A DNA stretch of 64,000 bases, taken from contig OX597814.1 in the NCBI GenBank assembly GCA_951406725.2, positions 194,308,001 through 194,372,000 of the forward strand, given 5' to 3'. Positions 26,340 through 38,531 of this stretch are shown piece after piece. The notes under the pieces are model-generated. The model was not told the origin of the DNA. It did no database searches and saw only the letters and a list, made by a program, of their open reading frames with translations. This DNA comes from Octopus vulgaris (Eukaryota). How positions within the stretch are numbered: the stretch's first letter is position 1; every line of letters starts with the position of its first letter. Position numbers and translations under genes: made by a program.

Positions 26340-27425
26340 AGTATTTTAAAAATTCAATGTTTTATACAATTCATGAAAGTGGAGAGAAGCTTTTAAGAAA
26401 GTCGCTCCTGTACAGCACAGCAAAGGGAGCGGTTTATTGCTTTTACTGTACTTTGATGTTAAACCAATGTGACAAGTTTTCCAACAAGGAAGGTGTTAAT
26501 GATTAGAAAAACACAGAGGAGAAAATGAAAACATGAACAAATTCAAGGTCACAGAGATTCTGTGAAGTTCAAACTTTTATGTTGGTAATCTTATGTTATG
26601 TTAAGGAGTTGGAAAAACAAGTCCAAGAAAACAAGAAATAATGGATTGAAGTATTGTGCCAAGTTGTGGCTGTGACAATACTTCTAGCTGAGAGAGGTCT
26701 GGCATTTAGAAGTAACAAAGATATAATAAGCTCTAAACGCAATGGGAAGATCCAGACCTTCATCAACAAATGCCTCCAGCAGATCCTCCATTTGAAGCGG
26801 TTCGACAGTGCCAAACTCAAACCTGTCACATTTGAGGGTTCTTTCCGCAGTCTGTGTCCGATCCATCTCCATTTCCTTCGTCTAATCTGAACATGTATGG
26901 GCTCCTGGTTGGCCCTTTCCCACAGGTTGGTGTTTGGCACTCTGTCGAACCACTTCAGATGGAGGATCTGCTGGAGGCATTTGTTGAAGGTCTGGATCTT
27001 CCCATTGCGTTTAGAGCTTATTATATCTTCGCTACTTCTAAATGCCAGACCTCTCTCAGCTAGAAATATTGTCACAGCCACAACTTGGCACAATACTTCA
27101 ATCCATTATTTCTTGGATGGATCGGATACAGACTGCAGAAAGAACCCTCAAATGTGATACGACAAGCACTTGACTGGAACCCGCAGGGGAAAAAGAAGCG
27201 AGGATACCCGAAGCCGACATGGAAGCGGAGCATTTTGGACGAGCTCAGGACCACCGGCCTGACATGGGAAGCAACCAAGAAACACGCCAATAACCGCAAA
27301 TAGTGGAAAACAACTGTTGAGGCCTTATGTTCCACAAGGGGCAAAAAGGATTAAGAAGAAGAAGAAATGCAATAGGAATTTTCTAAGAATAATGCAACTT
27401 CTAGCACAATTTGATTCATTTCAAT
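26340..27425 (+). mobile_element. hAT (ZMYM1/DUF4371-type) transposase relic interrupted by an RTE-like LINE 3' fragment and a local inversion
   Basis: LLYSTAKGAVYCFYC and VVAVTILLAERGLAFR motifs, resuming at ~27370 (NFL..MQLLAQFD). LINE peptide [38 protein letters not shown] with (GAA)n tail. Confidence 0.65.
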
Positions 27426-27592
27426 CCTGGAAGTGGTAAGCAGTCAGAATTGTTTGCATGCAACATACATTGCAGATCAAAGATTAACTCCTCTTTCAAA
27501 TTTGGAAGGTTAAATGACCATTGCAAAGACTGTTCCTTGTAATTTGCCACATAATACAGCTGCAAAAAAGCTGGGGATTTTTGCCTTCAGTT

Positions 27593-27830
27593 CATCATCA
27601 TCATCATTTAGCGTCCGCTTTCCATGCTAGCATGGGTTGGACGGTTCAACTGGGGTCTGTGAAGCCAGAAGGCTGCATCAGGCCCAGTCTGATCTGGCAG
27701 TGTTTCTACAGCTGGATGCCCTTCCTAACGCCAACCACTCCATGAGTGTAGTGGGTGCTTTTTACGTGCCACCCGGAGCTGGCAAACGGCCACGGATGGA
27801 TGGTGCTTGGCAACAAAAATCCAATACAAT
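27593..27830 (-). mobile_element. RTE-like LINE 3' end
   Basis: (CAT)n followed by TTAGCGTCCGCTTTCCATGCTAGC, reverse of the shared tail. Confidence 0.7.
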
Positions 27831-27934
27831 GATATACTTGGCCTTGATCCGACTTGGACTGCAGGTTGTCCATATTTGGACCGATTACAAGCCACTCTAA
27901 TTGCATATAGAATAGAGAACCTGAATGGAACAGT

Positions 27935-28326
27935 AATGATGATGGAAGCACTCTGTCGGTTACGACGATGAGGGTTCCAGTTGATCCGACCAACGGAACA
28001 GCCTGCTCGTGAAATTAACGTGTAAGTGGCTGAGCACTCCACAGACACGTGTACCCTTAACGTAGTTCTCGGGAATATTCAGCGTGACACAGAGAGTGAC
28101 AAGGCCGGCCCTTTGAAATACAAGGTACAACAGAAACAGGAAGTAAGAGTGAGAGAAAGTTGTGGTGAAAGAGTACAGCAGGGATCGCCACCACTCCCTG
28201 CCGGAGCCTCGTGGAGCTTTAGGTGTTTTCGCTCAATAAACTCACAACGCCCGGTCTGGGAATCGAAACCGCGATCCTACGACCGCGAGTCCGCTGCTCT
28301 AACCACTGGGCCATTGCGCCTCCACG
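27935..28326 (-). mobile_element. tRNA-derived SINE, family 3
   Basis: Reverse complement GGAGGCGCAATGGCCCAGTGGTTAGAGCAGCGGACTCGCGGTCGTAGGATCGCGGTTTCGATTCCC has A and B boxes; related head at 55250-55432. Confidence 0.75.
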
Positions 28327-28499
28327 GAACAGTAATACCCACCACCACACCACATGACTAAAGACAGTAGGGATGTGAAGAGAGGGGAGGGGAAAAAAGA
28401 ACCCATAAATAATACACAAAAACATACAGGGTAATACACATATGCACTTATCTGTAATACTTGTGAGAAATAGAAATGTGTTACCGAAATACTTAAAGA

Positions 28500-29077
28500 C
28501 ATTTGAGAAAGTGGGATTTTGCTGTGGAGAAAAGCATTGAGATTATCTGTGAGAGTGAAGTAGAGTTCTGTGAAGTCAACACGAGGGAACTGGGCCTCCT
28601 CAGACTAAGCCACAACAGTGACTATTCAGACAACCATGACCTCAGTAGATTCTGCCCCACCAGGTCACAGAGAGGAAGACCACCCACCATTACCTCAGCA
28701 GTGAAGAAAAACATCGCAGAGCGCTGGAGTAGCTGAAGTGTATCCACCCAACACCTTGAGAACAACAATCAGGCGAAAGGAATGCCTGCACATGAAATAA
28801 GGGCTAGCATAGGAATCACATAGTAAAGTTTAATAAGAAACTATACATGCAGGTTCAAGGTGCAGCAATTGGTGTCAGTGTAGCTGGAGATATGGCTGGC
28901 CTCATCATAACCTGGTGGGACAAAAAACTTAAGCAATCCTTAGCAGAATAGACCACAACTCTTCTACTTAACAGTAGGTATGTAGACATTAATATCCAAC
29001 TCTTAGTAACGGTAAAGTAGAAACAGAGTAACATAATGGAGAGCATCCAGCAAATAGCTAACTCCAACCACCAAAGC
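28500..29077 (+). mobile_element. Decayed Penelope-like RT fragment
   Basis: QGAAIGVSVAGDMAGLIITWWDKKL and RYVD motifs; ESIQQIANS shared with the 32270-32574 fragment. Confidence 0.5.
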
Positions 29078-29531
29078 ATCAAGGTTCTCTCAAGAAAACC
29101 AACTCGTAAAGAAGCCCCCTTCTACGCGGGAACGGAGACAGCCTTTTGGCTCACACAAGTTAAATATTGTGAATAGTTTCATGGCTTTGGTTAGACGTTC
29201 GCCAGACTTTTCCTCTGTGTGAAAAGTCTGGCTGCATACACGTTAGCATATGTCAGGTGCATACAATTGACAACACAGTTAATTAAAATTTATTCAGTGA
29301 GTTCTATTCAACACATGTTTACACGTGGAATTAGCAGAATCATTATTAACTTTAGATGGCTCGCAGGCGAGGTGAACAAATTAGTGAGAGAGATAGACTG
29401 GCAATACCTCTACGCTACCAGCAAATTAAAGATGGGGTCGCAAATGAAACAGTGAGTGATCTTTGCAATGCCTTCCAAGTAGACCGCAATATACCAGCGT
29501 CAAATAGTTGACTGTCGTGGTGGTAACAAAT

Positions 29532-29923
29532 TCTCTTTTACTCTTTTACTTGTTTCAGTCATTTGACTGCGGCCATGCCGGAGCACCGCCTTTAGTCGAG
29601 CAAATCGACTCCGGGACTTATTCTTTGTAAGCCCAGTACTTATTCTATCGGTCTCTTTTGCTGAACCACTAAGTGACGGGGACGTGAACACACCAGCATC
29701 GGTTGTCAAGCAATGCTAGGGGGACAAACACAGACACACAAACATATATACATATATACGACAGGCTTCTTTCAGTTTCCGTCTACCAAATCTACCCACA
29801 AGGCATTGGTCGGCCCAGGGCTATAGCAGAAGACACTTGCTCAAGATGCCACACAGTGGGACTGAACCCGGAACCATGTGGTTGGTTAGCAAGCTACTTA
29901 CCACACAGCCACTCCTGCGTCTA
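29532..29923 (-). mobile_element. SINE family 1
   Basis: Full-length reverse copy. Confidence 0.85.
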
Positions 29924-30602
29924 TTTGTGTTTCATAATATATATTTTTTCAGATGCAGCCAGACTTTTCACACAGAGGGTTACGTCTTCTTTATGAAACT
30001 GGACTCCAATTCGGTTAACAATCAAGACTGTAGCAGTTGTGATATAATCTGGCCACTGGGTCTGGATCCGTTCCATTGGAGTAACTGATTCATCTATGTT
30101 CTCAAGTGCTATCACCATTGTATCAACATCAATCCTTGTTGTTCAGCAAGCCGTAACTTTTGACAATTTCTCCAGCTTCAGTTACCATCTCAATTCGGCT
30201 CCTTTTCTCGTCAATTTTATGCAGATCTTCAGGCAAAGCTTTCACCCCACCGGTTTGAGACAGATCTTCATATGAAACTTTAACCCTATCAATTTTATCC
30301 AGACCATCAGGAGATGCTGTGGCCATATCGACTTTGTTAAAGCTCAGGTATAAATTAACCCATTAGGCATCCCAACAATAGACTCCCTGTCCTTGATTCT
30401 GCACTTTGGTTAGAGACTAAACAATAGAGTGCAGCTCCTCCACCCCTATCACATAGCTTTGAAATACGCTGCTCACAAGAACTCAGCTTTGTCACGCATT
30501 CATTATCCTACTGCCAATATGTTAATTTTCATGTGTCGCCACAATGCAAACCCTATGAAACGAAGAAATACGCGCAGAACTTCATGCAGTTCCCTGGATA
30601 TG

Positions 30603-30828
30603 TATTTCTTTACTGCCCACAAGGGGCTAAACATAGAGGGGACAAACAAGGACAGACAAAGGAATTAAGTCGATTACATCGACTCCAGTGGGAAACTGGT
30701 ACTTAATTTATCGACCCCGAAAGGATGAAAGGCAAAGTCGACCTCGGCGGAATTTGAACTCAGAACGTAACGACAGACGAAATACGGCTACGCATTTCGC
30801 CCGGTGTGCTAACATTTCTGCCAGCTTG
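30603..30828 (-). mobile_element. SINE family 2
   Basis: Matches the 9850-10085 copy. Confidence 0.8.
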
Positions 30829-31159
30829 ATATGATCAGAAAGATAGGGCTCAAGTATACAGGGTTGCTAGAAAGAAGTTAAGTAACATATGTAATAAAAC
30901 CAGTGGTACCTGCCCTAGATGAAGAAGCAAAAACTGGAACAGAATAAAAAGAACTTGTAACAAAACTAACAGGGTATAAAATATCAAGGAGTGATGTTTG
31001 TAGAGGCCACAGCCCATGGAGAATTAGATTTAGCAAAGCTTTGAATGAGACCCAACTCGGCATTAATCAATTAAAGGAGCCACTTGAAACGTCCATAATG
31101 GATCGACACATGTATACCCCACTGGAATAACATCACCTGGGATGAATTGATTGCCATTC

Positions 31160-31650
31160 ACATCAACATCATCGTCAAGCCAGTGGACAAAGGTGGAGCA
31201 GTCATGATGTGGTGTGCGGACCTATACAGGGAGGAAGTGCTCAGCTTCAAAACCCCCACTTGTCTCCTCCCCCTCCAACCCTATCCACCCCTACCAGCAG
31301 CACATGTCCTCCATCCATGACCTTGTCTCCTCTTCTGCACTCCCACCTACCAGCACCAACCTCATCATCCAAACATCCCATACGTCCATCTATCTCCCTC
31401 CAAAAATGCACAAACCCTACAACCCTAGCTGCCCCATTATTCCCATCCGCAACTTATTTGTTGGCTACATTGAGGTCCAAATACTCTCACAGTTCTCCGG
31501 ACCAACCCCAGAGCTTATACGGTCACACATGTAGATAACTGTATAGGTGCAACCTCTTTCTCCCGTGAACAACTCTCCAATTTCATCTTATTTCTAACTT
31601 TCACCCTTCACTCCAATTTACCTCTACCATCCGGGACACCTCTGTAAGCT
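31160..31650 (+). mobile_element. Penelope-like RT fragment (same family as 44307-49150), internally deleted
   Basis: NIIVKPVDKGGAV, LPKMHKP, NLFVGYIEVQILSQFSGPTPEL. Confidence 0.75.
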
Positions 31651-31694
31651 TAGATCTCTCTCCATTGATCTCCCCACCCACTCTCTCACTACCC

Positions 31695-32250
31695 CCAAAA
31701 ATAACAATCAGGTTAAAAAGATAGTTGCACATGCGGCAGGTGTGCGTACCAAAACCACATCCAAGAGCCATATATTTATTTAAGTTTTTTTTTTATTGTT
31801 TGTCATAAGTACAGGGGGGGTCGAATTCTGAGCCAAGTTTGGAACAGAGCGAACCAGTAAGCATCGTTTTGATATGCCTCTTATTAATAAGAAGCGTGAC
31901 AAAGCATTTCTGAAAAATTTTATTTGGATTCCTAGGTTTTACATGTCAGAACAAACTTTTTCAGAAAAATGCATTTCTGAAGGGGAGGTGTGAATCTGCA
32001 TTAGCCCGATCCCCAAAATCTTTTAGTGGGTGCATCGAATAGCTTCTCCATAGAGTGAACCAGTAAACATTTTGATGTGCCTCTTATTAATAAGAAGAGG
32101 CGTAAATCTAAATTAGCCCATCGCCAGTGAGTAGACTATAACCTCTATGGCCAAGAAGACCCCTGCCCAAAATAACAATAAGGTTAAAATTGTTGCACAT
32201 GCAGCAGGTGTGAGTACCAAAACCACATCGAAGGGCCATATATTTAAGTT
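31695..32250 (+). mobile_element. Merlin-like transposase relic between ~85-bp direct repeats (31695-31780, 32166-32250)
   Basis: 31800-31915 is nearly identical to 54340-54452 (Merlin-like motifs); CCCAAAAATAACAAT.AGGTTAAAA...GTACCAAAACCACATC is duplicated. Confidence 0.5.
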
Positions 32251-32269
32251 TTAATATATGCCCAAGAGG

Positions 32270-32574
32270 AACGTGCAGCCATTGGTGTCAAGATTGCTGA
32301 CAATGTGGCTAACCTATTTATGGTATGGTGGGATAGGACACTCACAGAGGAATTACCAGAGAACTCCATAAACCTAACCATGTACTCTCACTACGTGGAG
32401 GATATCAACATATTAGCCAGAGCACTCTTACAAGACAATGTTGCTGATTTAGAAGTTGACGCTACGGAAAGCATCCAGCAAATAGCTAACTCCATCCACC
32501 AGAGTATAGAAATAATGACTGAGTATCCTAGCAAGCACCCTAACTATAGACTACCCATTTTTGACACTGGTTAG
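32270..32574 (+). mobile_element. Penelope-like RT fragment
   Basis: AAIGVKIADNVANLFMVWWDR, YSHYVEDINI (YVDD-like), [14 protein letters not shown]. Confidence 0.55.
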
Positions 32575-32760
32575 GGTTTGATGAAATTGGTTAGGAATTG
32601 ATGAAATACCTGCTAAGTGGAGTGAGAAAATAGCTAGGTCAACAGAAGGTCGTATATGGGCTAAATTTCTTGAAAGAGGTGGATAAACGGTTCATCCAGT
32701 ACCTAAATGCAGCACAAGGCTCTGTCAGTGAACAGGTCACGGTCTCAAAGCAACAAAAAT

Positions 32761-32865
32761 AGAGATTTAGAAATTTAGTATTTCTGATTTTGATAACCAG
32801 TGAATAGACTTCACTGAAATTTAGATATATACATTACGAGTCAAGACAAATATCACCAGCTGACC
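32761..32865 (+). repeat. Retrozyme-like unit S0 (3' part), ending in target site ATCACCAGCTGACC
   Basis: Nearly identical to the 3' ends of units 34511-34871 and 38532-38886. Confidence 0.8.
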
Positions 32866-34510
32866 GCTTTTTTTTGTTGTTTGGTGTCGGATATTTTTGA
32901 TTGCGTTGTTGTTGTGTCGCAATTGTGAGTTCGAATTCGTTGGTGGAAGCAGTTGCAGTGTGGTGAAGTTTTTGGAGGTTTTTTTCTCGAAAATACAAAC
33001 CCAAACGTACGCAGGAGCAGCAGGCAGGGGCCTGGCTGCGAGTGAACTACAGTTGGAAGAAGTTATCATCGAGAAGGAGATTTTGAAGAAATATTTCGAC
33101 AGCTTGAAGAAGGAGGGTGACTGTGTGAGGGTCACACCGCCTGAAGAAGAAGTGAAAGAAGCAGAGAAACGTAATATAACATACAGAACGTGGAACGTGG
33201 CTTCGAAGAAAATAGAAGTGGCAGCGATAGAGGAAATTGAGTGGTGTCTGCAAGGAATTGAAGGAGAAACTGCCTTCTACAACAGAGGTAGAAAATGTGC
33301 AACGGTGGTCGTTCATTTTAAAAACGAAGACAAAGCAAAGAAGAATGCCACGAAAATACTGAAAACAGAAAAATGGATGTTATTACCAAGCTATTGCAGA
33401 AAGGGGGCAGTAAGAATACGGATCAGTAAAATTTCACCAGAGATGAACATGGAAAGAATTTTGGCGGCAGTGGTATTCAACTGCAAAGAGAGCGTTGAAA
33501 TATTGAAAGTGGAAAAATCGAAAGATGTACAGTGGTGGGGTTATGCGGTGCAGGCTTTGGTTCATATAACTATGCCAGACCTGTACAACATCCCAGAGGA
33601 GTTGGTGTTCCCCGACGAGACATGTCTCAGACTCGTGGTAGAAGGGAGACACCCAGTGTGCTACACATGTAAAATTAGAGGCTACATGAAGAATGTGTGT
33701 CCGACGAGAACATTGGAGCCTCGGACAGATATATTGCAAATGGCGGATGTAGAAGAAGAATGTGTGAACACAGAAAATGTGGAAAGTGGTGACGAGTTGG
33801 AGAAAGAAAAGGAAAGAACAGAAGGAAAAGATAGAAAGAGAGCGAGGGTGGAATCACCACCTAAAGTTCAAAAAAAGAAAAAGCTCCCAAAAAAGACAAC
33901 AGACGAAATGGAAGATCGAACGTACGAAGAGAGAGATGCAAAAGCGAAAGCGAGAGAACCGGCAAATTTAACGGCAGACCAAGAACGGGAAAGAAGAGTG
34001 GAAGAGAAGTTAAAAGTATGTAAGGAAGGAGGAAGACCCGAAGGGAAAAATCTTAAAGTAGTAATATTGTATATGAAAGACAAAGAAATCGAAAAGAGGC
34101 TGGCAGGTAAAAAAGGATTAATCAGGGTTAGGTTGAACCCAAAAATATTTGATGACCAAGTGAAGTCGGCGGTCGTAGAGAAAGAGACATTTATGAAATT
34201 GAAAAGTGTGTTTTCGACTGTTTGTGAAATGCAATATATCCGTTACGACAGTTTGCCAGCGATTGTAGACCAGGAGAGGTTAATAGAATACATTACAGAT
34301 GAACGCCCAGCATAGCAGAATTGTATTTAAATGAAACTGCGAGTTTTGGGGGGCTCGTAAGCCGTTCCATTTCATTCATTACAAATAATTCATTTTCATA
34401 TCATATTTTTCGATTTTTTTTTATTATTTGTACCCCATGTCCTGTATTGTAATGTCCCCTCTTAATTCGGACCATTGTGCCTATAATAAAGATTTAATGA
34501 CCAGCTGACC
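32866..34510 (+). mobile_element. ORF1-only L1/Tx1-type retroelement E1 (subfamily A1), including 3' target duplication
   Basis: T-rich 5' UTR, single ORF1, 3' UTR with hairpin TGCGAGT-TTTGGG-GGCTCGTA and AATAAA; flanked by ATCACCAGCTGACC / ATGACCAGCTGACC. Confidence 0.8.
32993..34315 (+). pseudogene. ORF1 (gag-like, RRM-like region + zinc knuckle); frame open but probably decayed
   Basis: Aligns with the 34989 and 39000 ORFs, but the start position is ATA (ATG in paralogues) and the knuckle reads CYTCKIRGYMKNVC (His to Tyr). Confidence 0.7.
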
Positions 34511-34871
34511 AGTGTCTGCTAGTCTAGGCCGACGAAGGACAATCATCCTGAAACATGTGACCCTAGATGTAGCCCGGGCGGCCAGGGGTGTTTGTCTCCC
34601 CTTCGAAAATGTAGATAAGGACACAGGAAAAATGTGTCAAAGCCATCAGGAGGCGTCGATGCTTCCTAGGGCTATACAGCAGTGGTGTACCCCCCTACTG
34701 TCACGTTCATGTTAGATTGACAGTATACAACCATTCTATCGCCCCACCACCGTACATGTCTCTACGAGAGATTTAGAAATTTAGTATTTCTGATTTTGAT
34801 AATCAGTGAATAGACTTCACTGAAATTTAGATATATACATTACGAGTTGAGACAAATATCACCAGCCGACC
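34511..34871 (+). ncRNA. Retrozyme-like unit S1 (~361 bp) with degenerate type I hammerhead (34518-34573)
   Basis: TCTAGG-CCGACGA-AGGA-caatca-TCCT-GAAA-CATGTGAC-CCTAGA; long-range complementarity of 34576-34616 with 34835-34871. Confidence 0.65.
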
Positions 34872-36388
34872 TATTTTTTTTGGAGTCGTTATTCTGGTGT
34901 GTTTGTTTTGAGTGCGTCATTGTGAAGAGGTTGTGAGTTCGAGTTCGTTGCTGGAGGACGTGGTGAATTTTATTTGGAGATTTTGAAAATGCAAGACCAG
35001 ACGTATGCGAGAGCAGCAGGCAGAGGCCTGGTTGCGAGTGAACTAGAAATGGAAGAAGTGGTAGTCGAGAAGAAAACTTTGGAAAGATATTTCGACAGTT
35101 TGAAGACGGAGGGTGACTGCGTGAGAGTCACACCGTCCGAAGAAGAAAAAAACGCGGAGAAACGTATGATAACATACAGGACATGGAGTGTGGCATCAAG
35201 AAAAATAGAAGTGGCAGAGACGGAGGAAATAGAGAAATGTCTGCAAGGAATTGAGGGTGAACTTACCTTTTTCAACAGAGGAAGAAAATATGCCACAGTG
35301 GTTGTACACTTTAAAAATGAAAATGAAGCGAGAAGGAATGCGACAAAAATTCTGAAATCTGAAAGTTGGACATTATTACCTAGTTACTGCGGAAAGAGGG
35401 CAGTCAGAATAAGAATTAGTAGGATTTCGCCCGAACTTAACATGGAGAGGATACTAGCAGCAGTAGTTTTCAACTGCAAGGAAAGTGTGGAGATGTTGAA
35501 GGTGGAAAAGTCAACAGAAGTTAAGTGGTGGGGATATGCGGTGCAGGTTCTGGCACATATAACCGTGCCAGACCTGTACAACATCCCGGAGGAGTTGGTC
35601 TTCCCTGATGAGACACGACTTAGAGCCGTGGTAGAGGGAAGGCCCCCAGTTTGTTATAATTGCAAAATAAGAGGACACATGAAGGATGTGTGCCCGCTGG
35701 AGAAAACGATAGCACCGGAGGCTGTAACGAAGGAGTGGAAAGATACGTGTGTGGAGGAGGGAGAAGTGCAGGAGAAAGCGATAGCATTGGAGGCTCGAAC
35801 AGAGGAGCAGCTAGTTGAGGATGTGGAGGAAGAATGTGCAAGTGCAGAGGATGAAAGAACAGAAGATAGAAAGAGAACAAGGGTGGAATCACCACCGAAA
35901 GTTCTAAAAACATTCGTGTTGTATGTCAAAGACACAGAAATGGAAAAAAGACTTGCAGGTAGGAAAGGATTGATCAGGGTTAAGATGCACCCAAAACTGC
36001 ATGGTGACGATGTGAAAGGGGTAGTTGTAGAAAAAGAGACATTTACAAAATTGAAAAGTATGTTTAATAATGTTTATGTAGCGCAATATATACGTTATGA
36101 CAATTTGCCAAATGTGATAGAACAGATGGAATTGATAGAGTATATTACGGACGAACGTCCAATATAAGAGAACTGAAATATATGTAATTATAAAATTGTA
36201 AAATTGTATTTTAAATGAAACTGCGAGTTTTGGGAGGCTCGTAAGCCGTTCCATCCAACTCATTACACATAATTCATCTTCATTTCATATTTTATTTTTT
36301 ACTTTATGTACCCCACGTCCTGTGTTGTAATGTCCCCTCCACATTCGGGCCATCGTGCCCATAATAAAGATATAATCACTAGCTGACC
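34872..36388 (+). mobile_element. ORF1-only retroelement E2 (subfamily A2), including 3' target duplication
   Basis: Same layout and 3' UTR as E1; flanked by ATCACCAGCCGACC / ATCACTAGCTGACC. Confidence 0.8.
34989..36167 (+). CDS. Non-LTR ORF1 protein with CCHC zinc knuckle (61-codon in-frame deletion relative to 39000-40361)
   Basis: ATG at 34989, N-terminal TYARAA, VEGRPPVCYNCKIRGHMKDVC (CX2CX4HX4C). Confidence 0.8.
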   Translation: MQDQTYARAAGRGLVASELEMEEVVVEKKTLERYFDSLKTEGDCVRVTPSEEEKNAEKRMITYRTWSVASRKIEVAETEEIEKCLQGIEGELTFFNRGRKYATVVVHFKNENEARRNATKILKSESWTLLPSYCGKRAVRIRISRISPELNMERILAAVVFNCKESVEMLKVEKSTEVKWWGYAVQVLAHITVPDLYNIPEELVFPDETRLRAVVEGRPPVCYNCKIRGHMKDVCPLEKTIAPEAVTKEWKDTCVEEGEVQEKAIALEARTEEQLVEDVEEECASAEDERTEDRKRTRVESPPKVLKTFVLYVKDTEMEKRLAGRKGLIRVKMHPKLHGDDVKGVVVEKETFTKLKSMFNNVYVAQYIRYDNLPNVIEQMELIEYITDERPI

Positions 36389-38246
36389 GCTTTTAAAAAA
36401 ATTTTCCTCGGAGTATATCAAATAATTTTCTGTTGCTGCAAATCGTTGTGTGAGTTCGTTTCTGTTTGTCTCCTTTGTTGTGTGTTACACGTATAATAAT
36501 TGTTGAACTGTTTTTGACCCAGTAATTTTTGTCCTTCGGGGTAGAAAATTTCTGTGTGTTTTTTTTGTGTGAACTCTTAACCTGTATAGGTTATTTTGAA
36601 AAATTCTTTTGTCATTTGTGACAAGTTCTTCGTTGTCTAATATGGAATTAGACTTAAGGTCTAAAAAAGACTTTCCCGAGATAGGAGAAAGTACAACTGT
36701 TGTTAAACAGAAGGAAACACAGGCAAAACCCAGTATTTCAGACGCCGTAGGCGGCGAAGTGGAAGATTCAATGGAAAAACTATTCAAGTTCAGACCGCTT
36801 AAGCAAAAAAGTGGTGAAGAAACACGATTGGTACCGCCCCCTGAGACTATACAGGCAATACGGGAAAAAATGGTCACCTATAAGGTGTACAATATAAAAG
36901 AAAAACGAATGACCGAAGTAAAATGATCGAAAAGTGTATGGCACCAATATGGAGCAAAGTTTGTCATGTCAACCGAGGTGCAAGAAGCGCAACAGTGGAG
37001 GCGCATTTTGAGACGGCGGAAGAAGCAAGGCAAATTTCGACGCAAATGTTGAAAAACGAGAATATTATACTGCTACCCTTATATTTGGGGTGCAGAACAG
37101 CAAAAGTGACACTGGAAGACATACCAAGGGGCTATGATGTGATGTGGGCAGCAACAGCGGTCATTTTTGATGTTGAAATCAAAATTGACAATTTTGAGTA
37201 TGAAGAGGAAAATAGCAAAACACTGGAGAGACCAGCAGCTGGAGATGACTATCCAGAGGGGAAAATGCGATGCTGGAAAGCCTACCAGACAGAGTCTTCG
37301 TGGGGGAGGGGCACTCCATACGAGTTTCGGTGGAAGGACGCAGGCCCAGATGTTTTAAGTGCGGGCAAAAGGGGCCACGTTCGCTCCGTTTGCACAAAGA
37401 AAAATAATACGGGCAATGCCCCTCCCCCTCAAAACGCTGTGAAGAACGCAGAAAGCAGCAAAGTGGAGAACAAAGTAATGACTGGTGAAAGCAAGGAAGA
37501 AAAAAAAAACAGGTCGAACTCCAAAAAGAAGGAAGAAAAGAACTGAATGCAAGAATGAGAAAGGAAAGGAGGAGGAAATTAATACAACAAAAACAAATAT
37601 ACAAGAAGAAGGGATGGAATTCACGAACGTGTCGAACAAAAGGAGAAAATCCATCAACCCTGACTCCCCACCTGTAACAAAAAAAAAAAAAAAACGCAGA
37701 CGAACAAATTAAAAAAATTCTCCAATCCCACCACGCTGGTACTACATTTATAGGCCAACATTTTAACAAACCCCACTCCCCATCTGTAAAAAGGTTTAAA
37801 CCCAATGAAAAATGTATAGCATACACCACAAAGAACGAGAGAGTAGTAACATATGTGAAAGCAAATACGCAGATCAAGTGCTACAAAGCGACCGAGAGGG
37901 ATGCGGAGTGGCGATATGCAAGGGTCAGCGAAGAAGAATGGAAAGGAAGAATCGTCCAAGAACACATAAAAGCCGGCTTCATTAAGGATGTCACCCAGGA
38001 GGTGACAACTGTGAAATTATACGTCAGCCTGGCAGCCACACCAACCCAGAGCCCGGTGGCAACGCCGGTGAAACGCCCAGCAGCAACGGCGAGAGTGGGG
38101 GAGACAGGCAGAAGGAATCTGTCAGGCGCCCTCTCGCAACCGTAAGTAAATAATTTTCCTTTTTGCGATGATTAAGTTAGGTTGTATAAATGTGCGTGGA
38201 ACGGGGTCAAAATGGAAACAGGCCTGTTTTCTGGACGACCTCATTT
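36389..38246 (+). mobile_element. L1/Tx1-type element E3 (family B): frameshifted ORF1 and first ~26 codons of ORF2, cut by a duplication breakpoint
   Basis: Begins right after the duplicated target; knuckle VEGRRPRCF.CG..GHVRSVC across frameshifts; ATGATTAAGTTAGGTTGTATAAATGTGCGTGGA at 38168. Confidence 0.75.
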
Positions 38247-38531
38247 GTGAAATGCAATATATCCGTTACGACAGTTTGCCAGTGATTGTAGACCAGGAGA
38301 GGTTAATAGAATACATTACAGATGAACGCCCGGCGTAGCAGAATTATATTTAAATGAAACTGCGAGTTTTGGGGGGCTCGTAAGCCGTTCCATTTCATTC
38401 AATACAAATAATTCATGTTCATATCATATTTTTCAATTTTTTTATTATTTGTACCCCATGTCCTGTATTGTAATGTCCCCTCTTAATTCGGGCCATTGTG
38501 CTTATAATAAAGATTTAATCACCAGCTGACC
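38247..38531 (+). mobile_element. Duplicated 3' end of E1 (ORF1 tail + 3' UTR + target site)
   Basis: Near-identical to 34224-34510; joined to E3 through TTT microhomology (38244-38246). Confidence 0.85.

Noticed and set aside
28250-28326. tRNA gene (Ala-like, CGC) on minus strand
   Set aside because: Acceptor stem does not close and it continues into a repeated SINE body.
34790-34830. Second hammerhead in unit S around the CAGTGAA/TTCACTG-AAA hairpin
   Set aside because: No acceptable CUGANGA at the right spacing and no stem I/III.
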